A DNA stretch of 63,641 nucleotides, filler included. It is 8 parts of 8 records of this genome, joined end to end, with 100 filler letters (N's around TTAATTAATTAA, not from the genome) between each part and the next. Parts side by side here need not be neighbours in the genome. Positions count along the whole stretch, not along the records: positions 11,749 to 22,080 come from SRR31156797_35895; positions 22,181 to 30,043 come from SRR31156797_35936; positions 30,144 to 39,157 come from SRR31156797_35992; 5 more parts are not named here. The stretch is one strand, 5' to 3'. This document shows positions 20,112 to 30,579 of this stretch, piece by piece. A program made the position numbers and the translations under genes. Every line of letters begins with the position of its first letter. Within the stretch, counting starts at the first letter, position 1. The notes beneath the pieces are model-generated. The model was not told the origin of the DNA. It searched no databases and saw only the letters and a program-made list of their open reading frames with translations.

Positions 20112-22080
20112 ATGAACAAGAAAAAGAGAAAGGTATATTTCACCATCATTATTGGTTTACTTGGAGGACTCTACTTTTTTTCAACCATGAGTGTGTTTTC
20201 TTCAAACATTTTCTTTGCTGCACAGCTGGAGGAAGAAACGGTTGCGAGTGACCCATTCGAACCGATACGAGAGAAAGAGGCTGAGGAAAAAGTTGCCATT
20301 TATTTTGATGAATCAACGAAAGCCGGGACTGTAGGAGACATGTTACTAGTTGCGTTTCATACGGGCCGTCCCATTAGTGAAATAGCGATCCGGTTGCCGC
20401 AATCTGCAGTTTTTGTTGAAGAGAAGTTGCCAAAGGGAGTCAAAATTACGTCAACCACTGAAGAGAATGGTTGGAAACTAACGACTGATATCCCTAGAAG
20501 TGATTTTTTGGTTCCATTGGTAGTTGATACAGCAGGGGCGTTTCCATTTGAAGTAGCAGAATCAATGATAATACTTGAAATAAAGGAAGCACGGGAGACA
20601 AACCCTACGGATACACAAGAGGATGCGCTAACCGATTCGAGTGACTCCACTGATCAATTCGATCAAGAGGACAAAGAGGATCAATTACCAAAAGAGAAGG
20701 AAATAGAAAGCCAGATTCCTGACGAATCAGAGTCAGATCCTGGCAATCTATATCTGTTAGGCGACGACGTAAAAAAGAGAGGGGTTGCTAACTGGGTCGA
20801 ATTTATGGCTGCAATGGTCGATCCGACGGTCAATTATATTTATTTGACAGCCAGTTTTCAAACGAACGATAATCCTCGTTTAGGCATTACGGGAATTGAC
20901 GGCTGGAGCAGCAGTGCCAATCCTAATGGCGGATTAGCCTATGTTTATATCAATGCCTCGAGAGTTTCAAGAACGTTAATCATCGATGGTCTCGACACCT
21001 TTCAGATGGATCTTAGAGCCGTAGCGATCTGTTTCCGCGATTCCAGTGTCAATCCTGATTCCCCATGGGACATTACCTTGCAAAATTTGGAACTCTACCA
21101 TGGAAACTTTTGGGGGGCAATTGAATACCATGATTTGAACATGTCAAATCAGCAGCGTTCAATCATTCGGTACCACAATCTCAACCATACGGGCAATCAG
21201 TTGTTTTACGGGTTGCACTCTCGAGCCAGCTTTTCTGGACATTCGGTTTCACACCAAACGCCTAGATATACATCAGACTTCAATGCTTCTTGGATGATTC
21301 ACTCGAACACCCAAGCGAATTTTGAAATCAACCAAATCGAGCTTCGTGAGGGAGCAAACGTCGAAATGTCGACGATCAGCTCAGGAAATCTTGATTTTTA
21401 TAATATAAATGCGCGTCTCGTATTAGGGGATAATGCCCGACTATCATTAAATGCCAACGGTTCAGCTGGTGAAGCAGGCGGTGCTAATATTCGCTTTGTC
21501 GCTGGCAATGGACGCATTGAGTTAGGAAAAGGCGCGGAATTGACACTAAATACACAAAACAACAGCCCAGCAGTCATCACATCAGGCACGCCCCATGATA
21601 TTCGCTTAATGGAAAAAAGTCGCTTGTCGGTTGCTGCTGCAAACCGAACGTTGTACAGTCATATTTTCTGGTTAAGTGCCAATACGCATGTCACCTTAGA
21701 AGACAGCAGCACCTTAGAGGTTGAAGCAACAAATCAAAATACAACCGCAAATATCTTCCACTTCTCTGGCACGACTGGCAATCTCAACGTGGGCAAAGAT
21801 GCTACCTTAGATATTCGTTCGGACAGCCCACAAGCTGTCCAACGGCTACTTTTCTTTACCGGTGCCAACAATCCCGCAAGATTGACGATCGACGATGCCA
21901 AGCGTGTCAATTTGCAAAGAACCCGCGCCATAACGACCACCACAAATGGTCTAATTGAAGGGGGAGGAATCACTGCAAAGAATCAGGCGATTCGCCAGTG
22001 GCGGCATGGAAATACAGGAGAGACAGTTGATTTTCAGTGGCAACCGATTTTGTCCATGACTGCGGCGATTTCAGGAACCA
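20112..22080 (+). CDS. Cell-surface protein with pectate-lyase-like beta-helix adhesive region (probably WxL-associated); 3' truncated
   Basis: N-terminal basic + hydrophobic signal, acidic linker, VANWVEFMAAM...YIYLTA..IIDG motif, and a repetitive Asn/Gly-rich beta-solenoid. Confidence 0.7.
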
Positions 22081-22180
22081 NNNNNNNNNNNNNNNNNNNN
22101 NNNNNNNNNNNNNNNNNNNNNNNNTTAATTAATTAANNNNNNNNNNNNNNNNNNNNNNNNNNNNNNNNNNNNNNNNNNNN
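22081..22180. other. Artificial contig linker
   Basis: N-run + TTAATTAATTAA + N-run. Confidence 0.99.
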
Positions 22181-23316
22181 TATTCTACAAGCTTGACGGA
22201 AGAGGCCGGCAGGCAGGCCAGATCGCCGTCTCCGGGAATGACCTGGATGTTGCTGCCGTTGAGCTGGACCCTATTGGCAATGATCCGTCCGTGAATCACG
22301 ATGTTCGACATATTGAGCTGGATCATGCCATTCGGGGCGTAGAGGATGCCGTAGAGCTCAATATCGGACGCGTTGATCTGTATATCTCCGTTTTCGGAAT
22401 AAAAGCAAACGGCATCGTCGCCGGGTGAACTGACGACACTGGCGCCGTTGAACTGGATGTTGCCGGAGGCCAGAATGGTGCCCTGGCCGCTGATAGAGCT
22501 GCCGGCAAACATTACCCCGCCGTCCACGTAAATCGGTGTGTCCACATTAATTTCGCTGCCGTAAAACATCGTATATCCTGTATAAACCTGGCCGCCTGTT
22601 TCGGCGGCTGAGCGTATCTGATCGGAAAAATCGGGCATGGGGATAACGGGTGCAGGGATGTTGATCCGGTGGTTTATATTGATGAAGCTGCCATAGGCCG
22701 TCGTCGTCGCGCCGCGAATCGTGTCAATGGTGACGGTTGACGTATAGGAGTAAAAATGCGATACAGCCTCCGCCGTTTCAGTAATGGTCTGGATCGAACC
22801 GTTGAGCTGCAGGACGTTGTTTGCGTGGGCGCTGCCCTCGACATAGAGGTTGCTGCTGCTGAACATCATCGCATTTGTTGTGCTGCCGGAAAATATGGTG
22901 TACGCAAACGGTCCGCCGGCCATGCCGCCCCGTTCGGCCACGGCCCGGGCCGTGACGTCAACGGATGTCAGGCCTAAAACGCGCGCGAACGTATAATCAA
23001 TTGTTTTGGTGCAGACGACCTCAATTTTCGACGGATCGCCGTTGTACGGGGTGTTGACGGACAGACCGGCGGCGGCAACACCGTTGAGCTCGGCGTAACC
23101 GACGGCTGAGCTGGTCGCCGCGCTGGCTGACGGCAGCTCCTGCGCGCCGGAGAGCGCCGCGGCGTCTGCCGCATTTTGCAGCGAGCTTTTCTGAACGGAT
23201 ACGCGGCCGATATCGAGCGCAAAGGCGGAAACCACGCAGATTACGGTGAATACGAGCGCCACCAATACAATCGACTGTCCGGCTTCGTTTCTCAGCAGAT
23301 TTTTTAAGTAAATCAT
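22181..23316 (-). CDS. tadG: TadG-like pilus-associated protein with C-terminal beta-solenoid
   Basis: Prepilin-like EAGQSIVLVAL, ALDIG and LQNAADAAALSGA; ends VKLVE with the stop partly in the linker. Confidence 0.82.
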
Positions 23317-23351
23317 AATGTGCGTCCTCCGCGTCACACCGAAAGTCTCGT

Positions 23352-24383
23352 TTATGAGGCCGGCATGGTTTCTATGACGGACAGGTTGGCAGTATCCTCG
23401 GTGTTATCAGGCAGCATCTTCATCAGCGACAGCTTCATACTCATTTCCTCGAGCTTTCTGGCGGCGATAAGCTTTTCAACCGTCTGCTCTGATTTTTCGT
23501 TGAGCAGCCGGATAATCCTCTTATTTTCGGCCTCCAGGCTGGCGGCCAGGGCGTTATTGGCGCCCATCAGCTTCTCGTTTTGCACGGTCAGGGATTTCAG
23601 CGCGCTGTTAACCTGGTCGACGCTGCGGCGGAGCGCTTCATTTTCCTCCGTGAGTATGACAAGCTCGTCGTCTTTGTGCTCCAGCTCGTTTTTATAGCGC
23701 TCTATAATCTCTTCCTTAAGCGTAGCGTTGGCCATGAGTTCGCTGATCTTGATGCCAAGGCGTGTGAATTCGCCCTCCGACAGGACCTGCTTGTATCGCA
23801 GGGTTTCTTCCTGAAGCTCCTCGATGATGCCCGAATAGGAGGCAACCAGCTCGCGCTGCTTATTGGTTTCCTTCTTTTCCAAAGCCAGCAGCTCGCTGAG
23901 GCTTTTTGTTTCCTGGCGCGATTTATCCAGCTCTGTTTGACGAACGGATGCTTCTTCCGTCAGGCGCTCAAGGCGTGCCAGGTGCTGGCGCTGCGCATAT
24001 TTCAAGTCGCGGTTTTCTGCTTCAAGCGCGCTGCAGTTGTTGCGAAGCGACAGCGCGTCCTGCGTTTCCGATTCCGGATCGTCCATTTCGTTGATCTTCA
24101 GTGACTCAGCCAGCGCGCAGTATTCCGATTCAATCTGCGTGTTTTTGAGCTGCAGCCGTTCGTTTTCTTTTTTCAGGGCTTCTTTTTCTTCAAAGATAGC
24201 CTGGATGTTCCGGTTAAACGTCTCGGCGTATTTGATTTGCTGCTCGCGCAGCACCCGCATGTATTCCGTAACGGATTTTTTGGTGTATCCGCCCATGGTG
24301 GTTTTTAAATACTGCTTGAGATCCTCCTCAACGGTGCGCTGCCGCAGCATACCGACGAGATTAGTTTCTGAATTAAATGCCAT
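23352..24383 (-). CDS. Long coiled-coil protein with DivIVA-like N-terminal motif
   Basis: LKTTMGGYTKKSVTEYM, then about 290 aa of E/K/L heptads; RBS AAAGGAG. Confidence 0.75.
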   Translation of the reverse strand: MAFNSETNLVGMLRQRTVEEDLKQYLKTTMGGYTKKSVTEYMRVLREQQIKYAETFNRNIQAIFEEKEALKKENERLQLKNTQIESEYCALAESLKINEMDDPESETQDALSLRNNCSALEAENRDLKYAQRQHLARLERLTEEASVRQTELDKSRQETKSLSELLALEKKETNKQRELVASYSGIIEELQEETLRYKQVLSEGEFTRLGIKISELMANATLKEEIIERYKNELEHKDDELVILTEENEALRRSVDQVNSALKSLTVQNEKLMGANNALAASLEAENKRIIRLLNEKSEQTVEKLIAARKLEEMSMKLSLMKMLPDNTEDTANLSVIETMPAS

Positions 24384-24404
24384 GCCTGTCACTCCTTTGC
24401 CAGG

Positions 24405-24731
24405 TTATTCTTCCATTGATACGATGGTGCCCGGAACGAGGGCGGATGACGCGCCGGCCCTCAGCTCAAGCACATATTTTGTGCCCCTGTACCATTTTCC
24501 CACGTGCCAGGGCCGCAGCGTTTCAGACCCCAGAACCATCATGCGTTTTGAAATATAAACGGCGTCAATCGGAAATCGCATGAAAAAACAGTGCACAGCC
24601 GAGCAGTTTAGTAAAAGCCCTTCGCCGTCGTCCAGCCGTTTTTTCCCCATGAGGCCAACCAGCCGCTTATTAAAGCTGTCTGCGCGCCGAACGTTGTCGG
24701 CCAGTAATTGTCCCTCGCAGCGTATTGTCAT
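24405..24731 (-). CDS. DUF192 family protein
   Basis: ADSFNKRLVGLMG, VHCFFMRFPIDAVY and VLEL motifs; RBS AAGGAGG. Confidence 0.9.
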   Translation of the reverse strand: MTIRCEGQLLADNVRRADSFNKRLVGLMGKKRLDDGEGLLLNCSAVHCFFMRFPIDAVYISKRMMVLGSETLRPWHVGKWYRGTKYVLELRAGASSALVPGTIVSMEE

Positions 24732-24765
24732 AATTGCCCTCCTTGTAATCTGACGGACGTCCCGG

Positions 24766-25716
24766 TCAGCCCTTGAACGCGTGAATGACGTTGACAACGG
24801 CCGGACCGAGCAGAATAATAAAAATGACCGGGAAGATAAAAAGCACCATTGGGAACAGCATCTTGACGGAGACCTTCATGGCTTTTTCCTGCACCTTGGC
24901 TTTGCGGGCCTGGCGCATGGCCGCCGCCTGGGACCGAAGCACGTTTTTCATGGATATACCCAGCTGCGCGGCCTGGACCAGGGCGCTGACAAAGGCTTTG
25001 ATCTCCTCGATATCGCACCGCTGGCCGAACAGTGTCAGCGCATCCCGGCGCGAGCGGCCCATTGCCATCTCCCGGTAGGTAACGGTCAGCTCGTCGATGA
25101 GGGGGCCGTCCATATTGATTGTTATATGGTGAACCGCCTGCTCAAACCCCAGGCCGGCTTCCACGCTAACGCTTAAAAGATCCAGCACATCCGGGAGCTG
25201 CTGCTCCATACGCCTTTTTCTTTTAGCAATGGCTTTGACGAGGAAAAACCGCATGAAAACATAGCCGACGAAAAATCCAATGGCGGTGCCGAACAGGACG
25301 CCGCCGGCTGATGCGCCCAGCGTAAGCGGCAGTACGGTAAAAACGATGGCTGAAAATAAAATGACAAGCAGACGGATGACGCTGTATTCTGCCGCGCCAA
25401 TCCCGAAGCCGGCCTGCGCGAGCATTTTTTTCATCCGGGCAGTCTGGCGGCTTTCATCACCGGGGCTGCCGTTGTTCTTGCGGTTTCCGGCAAGCCGGGT
25501 GGCTAAGGAGCGGAAAAGTGGCTTGAAAAACCGTTCTGATATGGGCTTTGATATGTCCTCGTCGGGCGTGAACGTTTTTTTTCGCGCAGTGCCGACCGTG
25601 TCAAGCCGGCGGCGGATCGTATCATGATATTCTCCGCGGCGGCTGAAGAGCAGCACGATGAATAAATAGATCGCCAGTCCCGCCAGCGCGGCTGCCAGCA
25701 GCTGCATGCGTTTCAC
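24766..25716 (-). CDS. tadC: Tad pilus inner membrane protein (T2SS F family)
   Basis: LPDVLDLLSVSVEAGLGFEQA and KMLFPMVLFIFP. Confidence 0.92.
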   Translation of the reverse strand: MKRMQLLAAALAGLAIYLFIVLLFSRRGEYHDTIRRRLDTVGTARKKTFTPDEDISKPISERFFKPLFRSLATRLAGNRKNNGSPGDESRQTARMKKMLAQAGFGIGAAEYSVIRLLVILFSAIVFTVLPLTLGASAGGVLFGTAIGFFVGYVFMRFFLVKAIAKRKRRMEQQLPDVLDLLSVSVEAGLGFEQAVHHITINMDGPLIDELTVTYREMAMGRSRRDALTLFGQRCDIEEIKAFVSALVQAAQLGISMKNVLRSQAAAMRQARKAKVQEKAMKVSVKMLFPMVLFIFPVIFIILLGPAVVNVIHAFKG

Positions 25717-25734
25717 TCCCTTTGTCCGATTTGT

Positions 25735-26715
25735 TTAGTATTTGATATTGACAACCTTCCGGACGGCCAGAAACCCAATGACCTCTAAAACGGCGCCTGC
25801 GGCCAGCAGAATCTTGCCAAGCGGGTCGGCGATAAAGCTCTGTATAAAATCAGGGTTCATAAGCATGAGCATCAGCGCGATCACTGCCGGCAGCGCGCCG
25901 ATAACAAGCCCTGACATGCGCCCCTGGGCAGTCAGCACGCGGACCTCGTCGCGTATTTTAATACGGTCTTTGATGGTTAAGGAAATGTTGTCGAGAATGT
26001 CTGTGAGGTTGGCCCCGACCTGGCTGGAGGTGACGACGGCGGAGACAAGAAGCCCCAGGTCGGGGTTGCCCGTTCGATCAACCATATGCCCCAACGCCTC
26101 TTCAAGCGCCACGCCGTAGCGCATCTCGCGCAAAACGATGGAAAACTCTTTTGAAATCGGCGGCTGCATGTCCTTGGCCACACTCTCCATTGCCTGCTGG
26201 AACGAGTAGCCTGATTTGATGCAGTTGCCCATGACGATGAGCGCGTCGCTCAGCTGCGCATTGAACAGCTGTTGGCGTTTGCTCTGAGCCCGGCGGACTA
26301 AAAGCGGCGGAATCAAGAAACCGATAATACCAGCGCCCGTGACGGAGATAAAGCTTTTGCCCATGAGGGCTAAAAGCGTTGCGGGCAAGAGCGTTGCGCC
26401 GATCCAAGCGAACAGGTATTCCTTTCCCGTCAGCTTGATGCCGGACGCCGTGAGACTGTCCTCAAAGCGCTTGCTGATGAGCCGGCTTTGCTTTTTATTC
26501 CGGCCGGCTTGCCGCCTTTCCCGCATGACGTCGGAATGGATCTGTTCCAGATCATTTTGTGTCGCGAGGCCCGACAGCCGCTTTTGGACTTTCTTTGCGG
26601 CGGGGTCCCGGCTGAAAAATGCCGTGACAACCCCGTAGACCGATAAGGCTGCCAGCAGCGGCAGTATCAGCGGTAAATAAGGCCGGATTTTTTCGATAAT
26701 GACAACGAAGTCCAT
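25735..26715 (-). CDS. tadB: Tad pilus inner membrane protein (T2SS F family)
   Basis: QLSDAL...SGYSFQQA, GANLTDILD and LTAQGRMSG. Confidence 0.92.
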   Translation of the reverse strand: MDFVVIIEKIRPYLPLILPLLAALSVYGVVTAFFSRDPAAKKVQKRLSGLATQNDLEQIHSDVMRERRQAGRNKKQSRLISKRFEDSLTASGIKLTGKEYLFAWIGATLLPATLLALMGKSFISVTGAGIIGFLIPPLLVRRAQSKRQQLFNAQLSDALIVMGNCIKSGYSFQQAMESVAKDMQPPISKEFSIVLREMRYGVALEEALGHMVDRTGNPDLGLLVSAVVTSSQVGANLTDILDNISLTIKDRIKIRDEVRVLTAQGRMSGLVIGALPAVIALMLMLMNPDFIQSFIADPLGKILLAAGAVLEVIGFLAVRKVVNIKY

Positions 26716-26724
26716 TTTATTACC

Positions 26725-28083
26725 TCAGTCGGAAAACCAGTCGTTTCGTACAAGAATGCCGGCGCTGCCAAGCTTTTCGATAAAACCGGGCCGTATACCG
26801 GTGGGAACAAAGCTGCCCTTGAGCATCCCCATGGCGTTAAGGCCTTCAGGCCTGTACACATAGATATCCTGAAGCGTGATGGTGTCGCCTTCCATGCCGA
26901 CGACCTCGGTGATGTTCGTGATTTTACGTGAGCCGTCCTTCATCCGCGCCTGCTGGACGATCACGTCAAGCGCGGAGGCGATTTGCTCGCGTATGGCCTT
27001 GATCGGAATATCCATGCCGGACATCAAAACCATTGTCTCCAGGCGGGACAGCAGGTCCCGCGGGGTATTGGCGTGTGCCGTCGTCAAGGAGCCGTCATGG
27101 CCTGTGTTCATGGCCTGCAGCATATCCAGCGTTTCGCCGGAACGGACCTCGCCGACGACGATGCGGTCCGGGCGCATACGCAGAGCGTTTCGCACCAGGT
27201 CGCGTATGGTAATCTCGCCGGCGCCCTCAATATTCGGCGGCCGGCTTTCCAGCGTTACAACATGGTTCTGGCGCAGCTGCAGCTCGGCGGCGTCCTCAAT
27301 GGTCACGATGCGCTCGTTATTGGGGATAAAGCCGGACAGGATGCTCAGAAGCGTTGTTTTACCGCTGCCGGTGCCGCCGGCGACGATGATGTTAAGCCGG
27401 CCCTTGACGCAGGCCTCCATAAACGACATCATCTTAGGCGAGGACGACTGGAACTTGATAAGGTCGGAGACCTGGAGCGGGTTTTTGGAAAATTTCCGAA
27501 TCGTTATGGTTGGGCCGCTGAGCGCCAGCGGCGGGATGATCACGTTGACGCGCGAGCCGTCCTGGAGACGTGCGTCAGCCATCGGGCTTGATTCGTCGAC
27601 GCGCCGCCCCACAGAGCTGACGATGCGCTGGATCACCTTGCCGACGTGCTCATTATTTTTAAAGGTAACAGGGGACAGCTCGATTTTACCCCGGCGTTCG
27701 ATGTAGACACTGCGCGGACCGTTGACCATGATTTCCGTAATGTCCTCGTCCTCTAGAAGTGGCTCGAGCGGGCCGAGTCCAAGCACGTCGTTGTAAATCT
27801 CACGTACAACGCGCGTGCGGTCCGTGCGCGTCATCACAACGCCTTTGGATACGAGCAGCGCATCGAGCGTTTTAAGAATGGCCTCCTCCTGGGGCTCGTC
27901 CGAGCCGTCGCGCGTCTCGTTATTCATATATTCAATGAGCTCGGCGTGCATCCGCTCCTTGAGCTCGGCGTATTCGTCTTTAATGGGGACGGGCGGCAGC
28001 CGTCCCGGCCCGCCGTCTTCCACCGCGCTTTCCGGCCGGCCTTGTACCGTTTTTGTTTTTTCAAGTCGTTCCATCAGGTTCAT
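26725..28083 (-). CDS. cpaF: Tad pilus assembly ATPase CpaF/TadA
   Basis: GLGPLEPLL, Walker A GGTGSGKTT, LRMRPDRIVVGEVR and MNTGHDGS. Confidence 0.96.
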   Translation of the reverse strand: MNLMERLEKTKTVQGRPESAVEDGGPGRLPPVPIKDEYAELKERMHAELIEYMNNETRDGSDEPQEEAILKTLDALLVSKGVVMTRTDRTRVVREIYNDVLGLGPLEPLLEDEDITEIMVNGPRSVYIERRGKIELSPVTFKNNEHVGKVIQRIVSSVGRRVDESSPMADARLQDGSRVNVIIPPLALSGPTITIRKFSKNPLQVSDLIKFQSSSPKMMSFMEACVKGRLNIIVAGGTGSGKTTLLSILSGFIPNNERIVTIEDAAELQLRQNHVVTLESRPPNIEGAGEITIRDLVRNALRMRPDRIVVGEVRSGETLDMLQAMNTGHDGSLTTAHANTPRDLLSRLETMVLMSGMDIPIKAIREQIASALDVIVQQARMKDGSRKITNITEVVGMEGDTITLQDIYVYRPEGLNAMGMLKGSFVPTGIRPGFIEKLGSAGILVRNDWFSD

Positions 28084-28118
28084 AAAGCCGTTCTCCGTTT
28101 TCTTAGGTTATGACAGCT

Positions 28119-29336
28119 TTATAGCATGGCCGCACGGCGGCCCACGCCTTTCATAAGCTTTTTCTTTTCCTTCGGCGAGAGCTTTTGGATGTCGTATTCC
28201 TCATTCCCGGTCAATAATAGCGAAGCGATGTCCGACAGGGACTGGCTCAGCTTCGTCTTGGGGGAAAGTGTGACAATGGGCATGCCTCGATTTAACGCCG
28301 AGACAGCCACCTTGTAATCGCTTGGAATCCTGGCCCAGATAGGGCAGTTTAATATTTTCTGCACGTCGTTTAAGGTGATGGTATTGATCTCTACGGCCCG
28401 GTTAACGAGCACCTTGATCTTTTCGCTCTGCTGCAGCGATTCAAGAATCGACATGGAAAGCCGGGAGTTTTTAAGAATGGAGATATCAAGACCCGTGACA
28501 AACAGCACGGTAGCCGAGCTTTCAATTGCCGTGAGCGCCACGTCGTTAAAAGTCGGCGGCGTGTCAATTATGACGAAATCATAATACGACCGCAAAAGGC
28601 TGACCAGGCTTTGTACCTTTTCCGCAGATACGACGTCGGCGTATTCCGGGCTTTTCGGCGCACAGAGCACGTGTACGCCGCTGGAATGGACGACCATGTA
28701 GCTCCGGACGGTATCGATATTGGGCGTATGGACCTCCTGAACCAGCTCAGCAATGGTATCCTTGGGCTCGATATCCATAAAAACGTGCACGTCGCCGAAC
28801 TGGAGATCCAGATCGATCAGCGCAACCTTTTTTTTCTCGGAGGCCAGCTTGACGGCGAGGTTTGTGGCGATGGTTGTTTTTCCAAGGCCGCCCTTGGAGC
28901 CGAAGACCGTAATCACGCGGGACATCCAGGACAGGCTGCTCTTCTCGCTTAGAGCCTGAAGCCGTGTCGATTCGCTGGTGAAAACCGTTTTGATGTATTC
29001 GGCAAACTGTTTTTCGGACGTGGGGAATTCCGTGACGTTGTGCGCGCCGATACGTACGGCCTGCTGAAGCGTTTCCACGTTCATTTGCTCAAGCAGCAGG
29101 ATGACGAAGGAGCGCGGCCGGTGCAGCAGAACACGTTCTGTCAGGTTGAGCACATCCATATCTCCCGCGCCGAGCGTCATGATGATGATATCGGGTGAAA
29201 GGTTTTCGATTTTGTCGAGCGCCCTCGCGCCGCCGGACGTTTCGCCGATGACAGTGATTTCCTCGTCGTTTATAAGCCGGTGCATTTTCTGGAGTGTGCT
29301 GTCGAGCTTGCTGACCAGCAGTACAGAAATTTTCAT
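28119..29336 (-). CDS. cpaE: CpaE/TadZ: pseudo-receiver plus MinD-like ATPase
   Basis: Atypical REC; deviant Walker A GSKGGLGKTT; DLDLQFGDV; immediately upstream of cpaF. Confidence 0.9.
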   Translation of the reverse strand: MKISVLLVSKLDSTLQKMHRLINDEEITVIGETSGGARALDKIENLSPDIIIMTLGAGDMDVLNLTERVLLHRPRSFVILLLEQMNVETLQQAVRIGAHNVTEFPTSEKQFAEYIKTVFTSESTRLQALSEKSSLSWMSRVITVFGSKGGLGKTTIATNLAVKLASEKKKVALIDLDLQFGDVHVFMDIEPKDTIAELVQEVHTPNIDTVRSYMVVHSSGVHVLCAPKSPEYADVVSAEKVQSLVSLLRSYYDFVIIDTPPTFNDVALTAIESSATVLFVTGLDISILKNSRLSMSILESLQQSEKIKVLVNRAVEINTITLNDVQKILNCPIWARIPSDYKVAVSALNRGMPIVTLSPKTKLSQSLSDIASLLLTGNEEYDIQKLSPKEKKKLMKGVGRRAAML

Positions 29337-29370
29337 GGTTACAGCTCCGTTTCGTGATTGCAAAAATCCA

Positions 29371-30043
29371 TTAGTCCATCGTGTCCGGATCGGTCAGATC
29401 TGTAATGGTGACGCGGCTGTCCGGGACGGCTTCCATATCGAGCGGCGAGCGCAGCACGGCCCGCAGCATGCCGACCGTTTCCGATAAGCTGAGCAAAACG
29501 GCCTGCTCCGGCGTTGCCTCAAGGGTCAGCGTAGTATAGGCGGCCTCGCCCGATTCCTGCATTACCTGGTCCACGGCCAGAACCAGCATTTGCTGGAGCA
29601 GGATGCGCGCTTCCGGCACCGTTTGCGTTTCCTTTTCACCCTCAGCGTTCACGTCGGTTTCTTCCGCCTGATAATGCGCGATAATATCGACGATATCGCC
29701 CGGGCGGATCATGCATTTAAGACCCGTCGTATCGTTGACGCCAATGGTGATCGCGCGCATACCCGGCGTCACCGTGTACGCCAGAGATCCGCTGTCAGAC
29801 GAGCCGACCTCGACGAGGCGCGCCGAGACGATCTGTTCGCCGGCTAGGATGGGGGAGCGGGCTGTTTTGCCGACGATATCTGCCGCGCTGGCGTACGCCT
29901 GAGGCAGTATCAATTCGGCGGGCATGTAGGCGGTTGTGATCATGTCGGATGTGATCACTGTGTTTTCGGCAATGTCGCAAGCAGCGACAGCCACGGCTGA
30001 TTTAGGGACCTCAACGGCCTCGGCTTTATCCTGGCTTAAATAC
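29371..30043 (-). CDS. cpaB: Flp pilus assembly protein CpaB/RcpC, 5' truncated
   Basis: SAF domain, PGMRAITI, IRPGDIVDII and LLQQMLVLAVD. Confidence 0.92.
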
Positions 30044-30143
30044 NNNNNNNNNNNNNNNNNNNNNNNNNNNNNNNNNNNNNNNNNNNNTTAATTAATTAAN
30101 NNNNNNNNNNNNNNNNNNNNNNNNNNNNNNNNNNNNNNNNNNN
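30044..30143. other. Artificial contig linker
   Basis: N-run + TTAATTAATTAA + N-run. Confidence 0.99.
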
Positions 30144-30165
30144 GCTCCGCTCTCAAACTCTAACC

Positions 30166-30252
30166 TTATTCGTCAGGCATGAAATCCTCTCTTAGCATTT
30201 CACCGGGATGAGTCGGCCTGATTTCACGCTTTTTTTTATTGGGTATAGCCAT
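30166..30252 (-). pseudogene. higA: HigA antitoxin, truncated after 28 codons
   Basis: Manual translation gives MAIPNKKKREIRPTHPGEMLREDFMPDE*; it has the HPGE motif but stops before the HTH. Not in the ORF track. Confidence 0.85.
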
Positions 30253-30262
30253 TGTTTTATCC

Positions 30263-30463
30263 TTAATGGTAATCGGTGATCTCAACATCGTAGGCATCAC
30301 CTTCGATGAAACGGAAACAGATTCGCCACTGGTCATTTATTGATATTGAATGTTGCCCTTTCCTATCGCCTTTTAGAGCGTGGAGCCTGTTACTGGGTGG
30401 CACCAAAAGGTCATTTATGTCTTTAGCAAAATGGATAAATTCTAAACGCCTTATTGCCCTTCG
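30263..30463 (-). pseudogene. higB: HigB (RelE-family) toxin, 5' truncated
   Basis: Manual translation gives RRAIRRLEFIHFAKDINDLLVPPSNRLHALKGDRKGQHSISINDQWRICFRFIEGDAYDVEITDYH*; there is an in-frame TGA immediately upstream and no start. Confidence 0.88.
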
Positions 30464-30579
30464 TCAAGGACTGACCCCATCTTCTCTCATGAACAAGATG
30501 GGGCTGGAGACCTGGAGGCGATTCGTGAGGCAACACAACAGGGGAAGGCGTGGGGGATTACGTTATTCCTAGAGCCGTA

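Noticed and set aside
30306-30572. 88-aa plus-strand ORF
   Set aside because: It is the antisense shadow of the higB remnant, which explains the sequence better.
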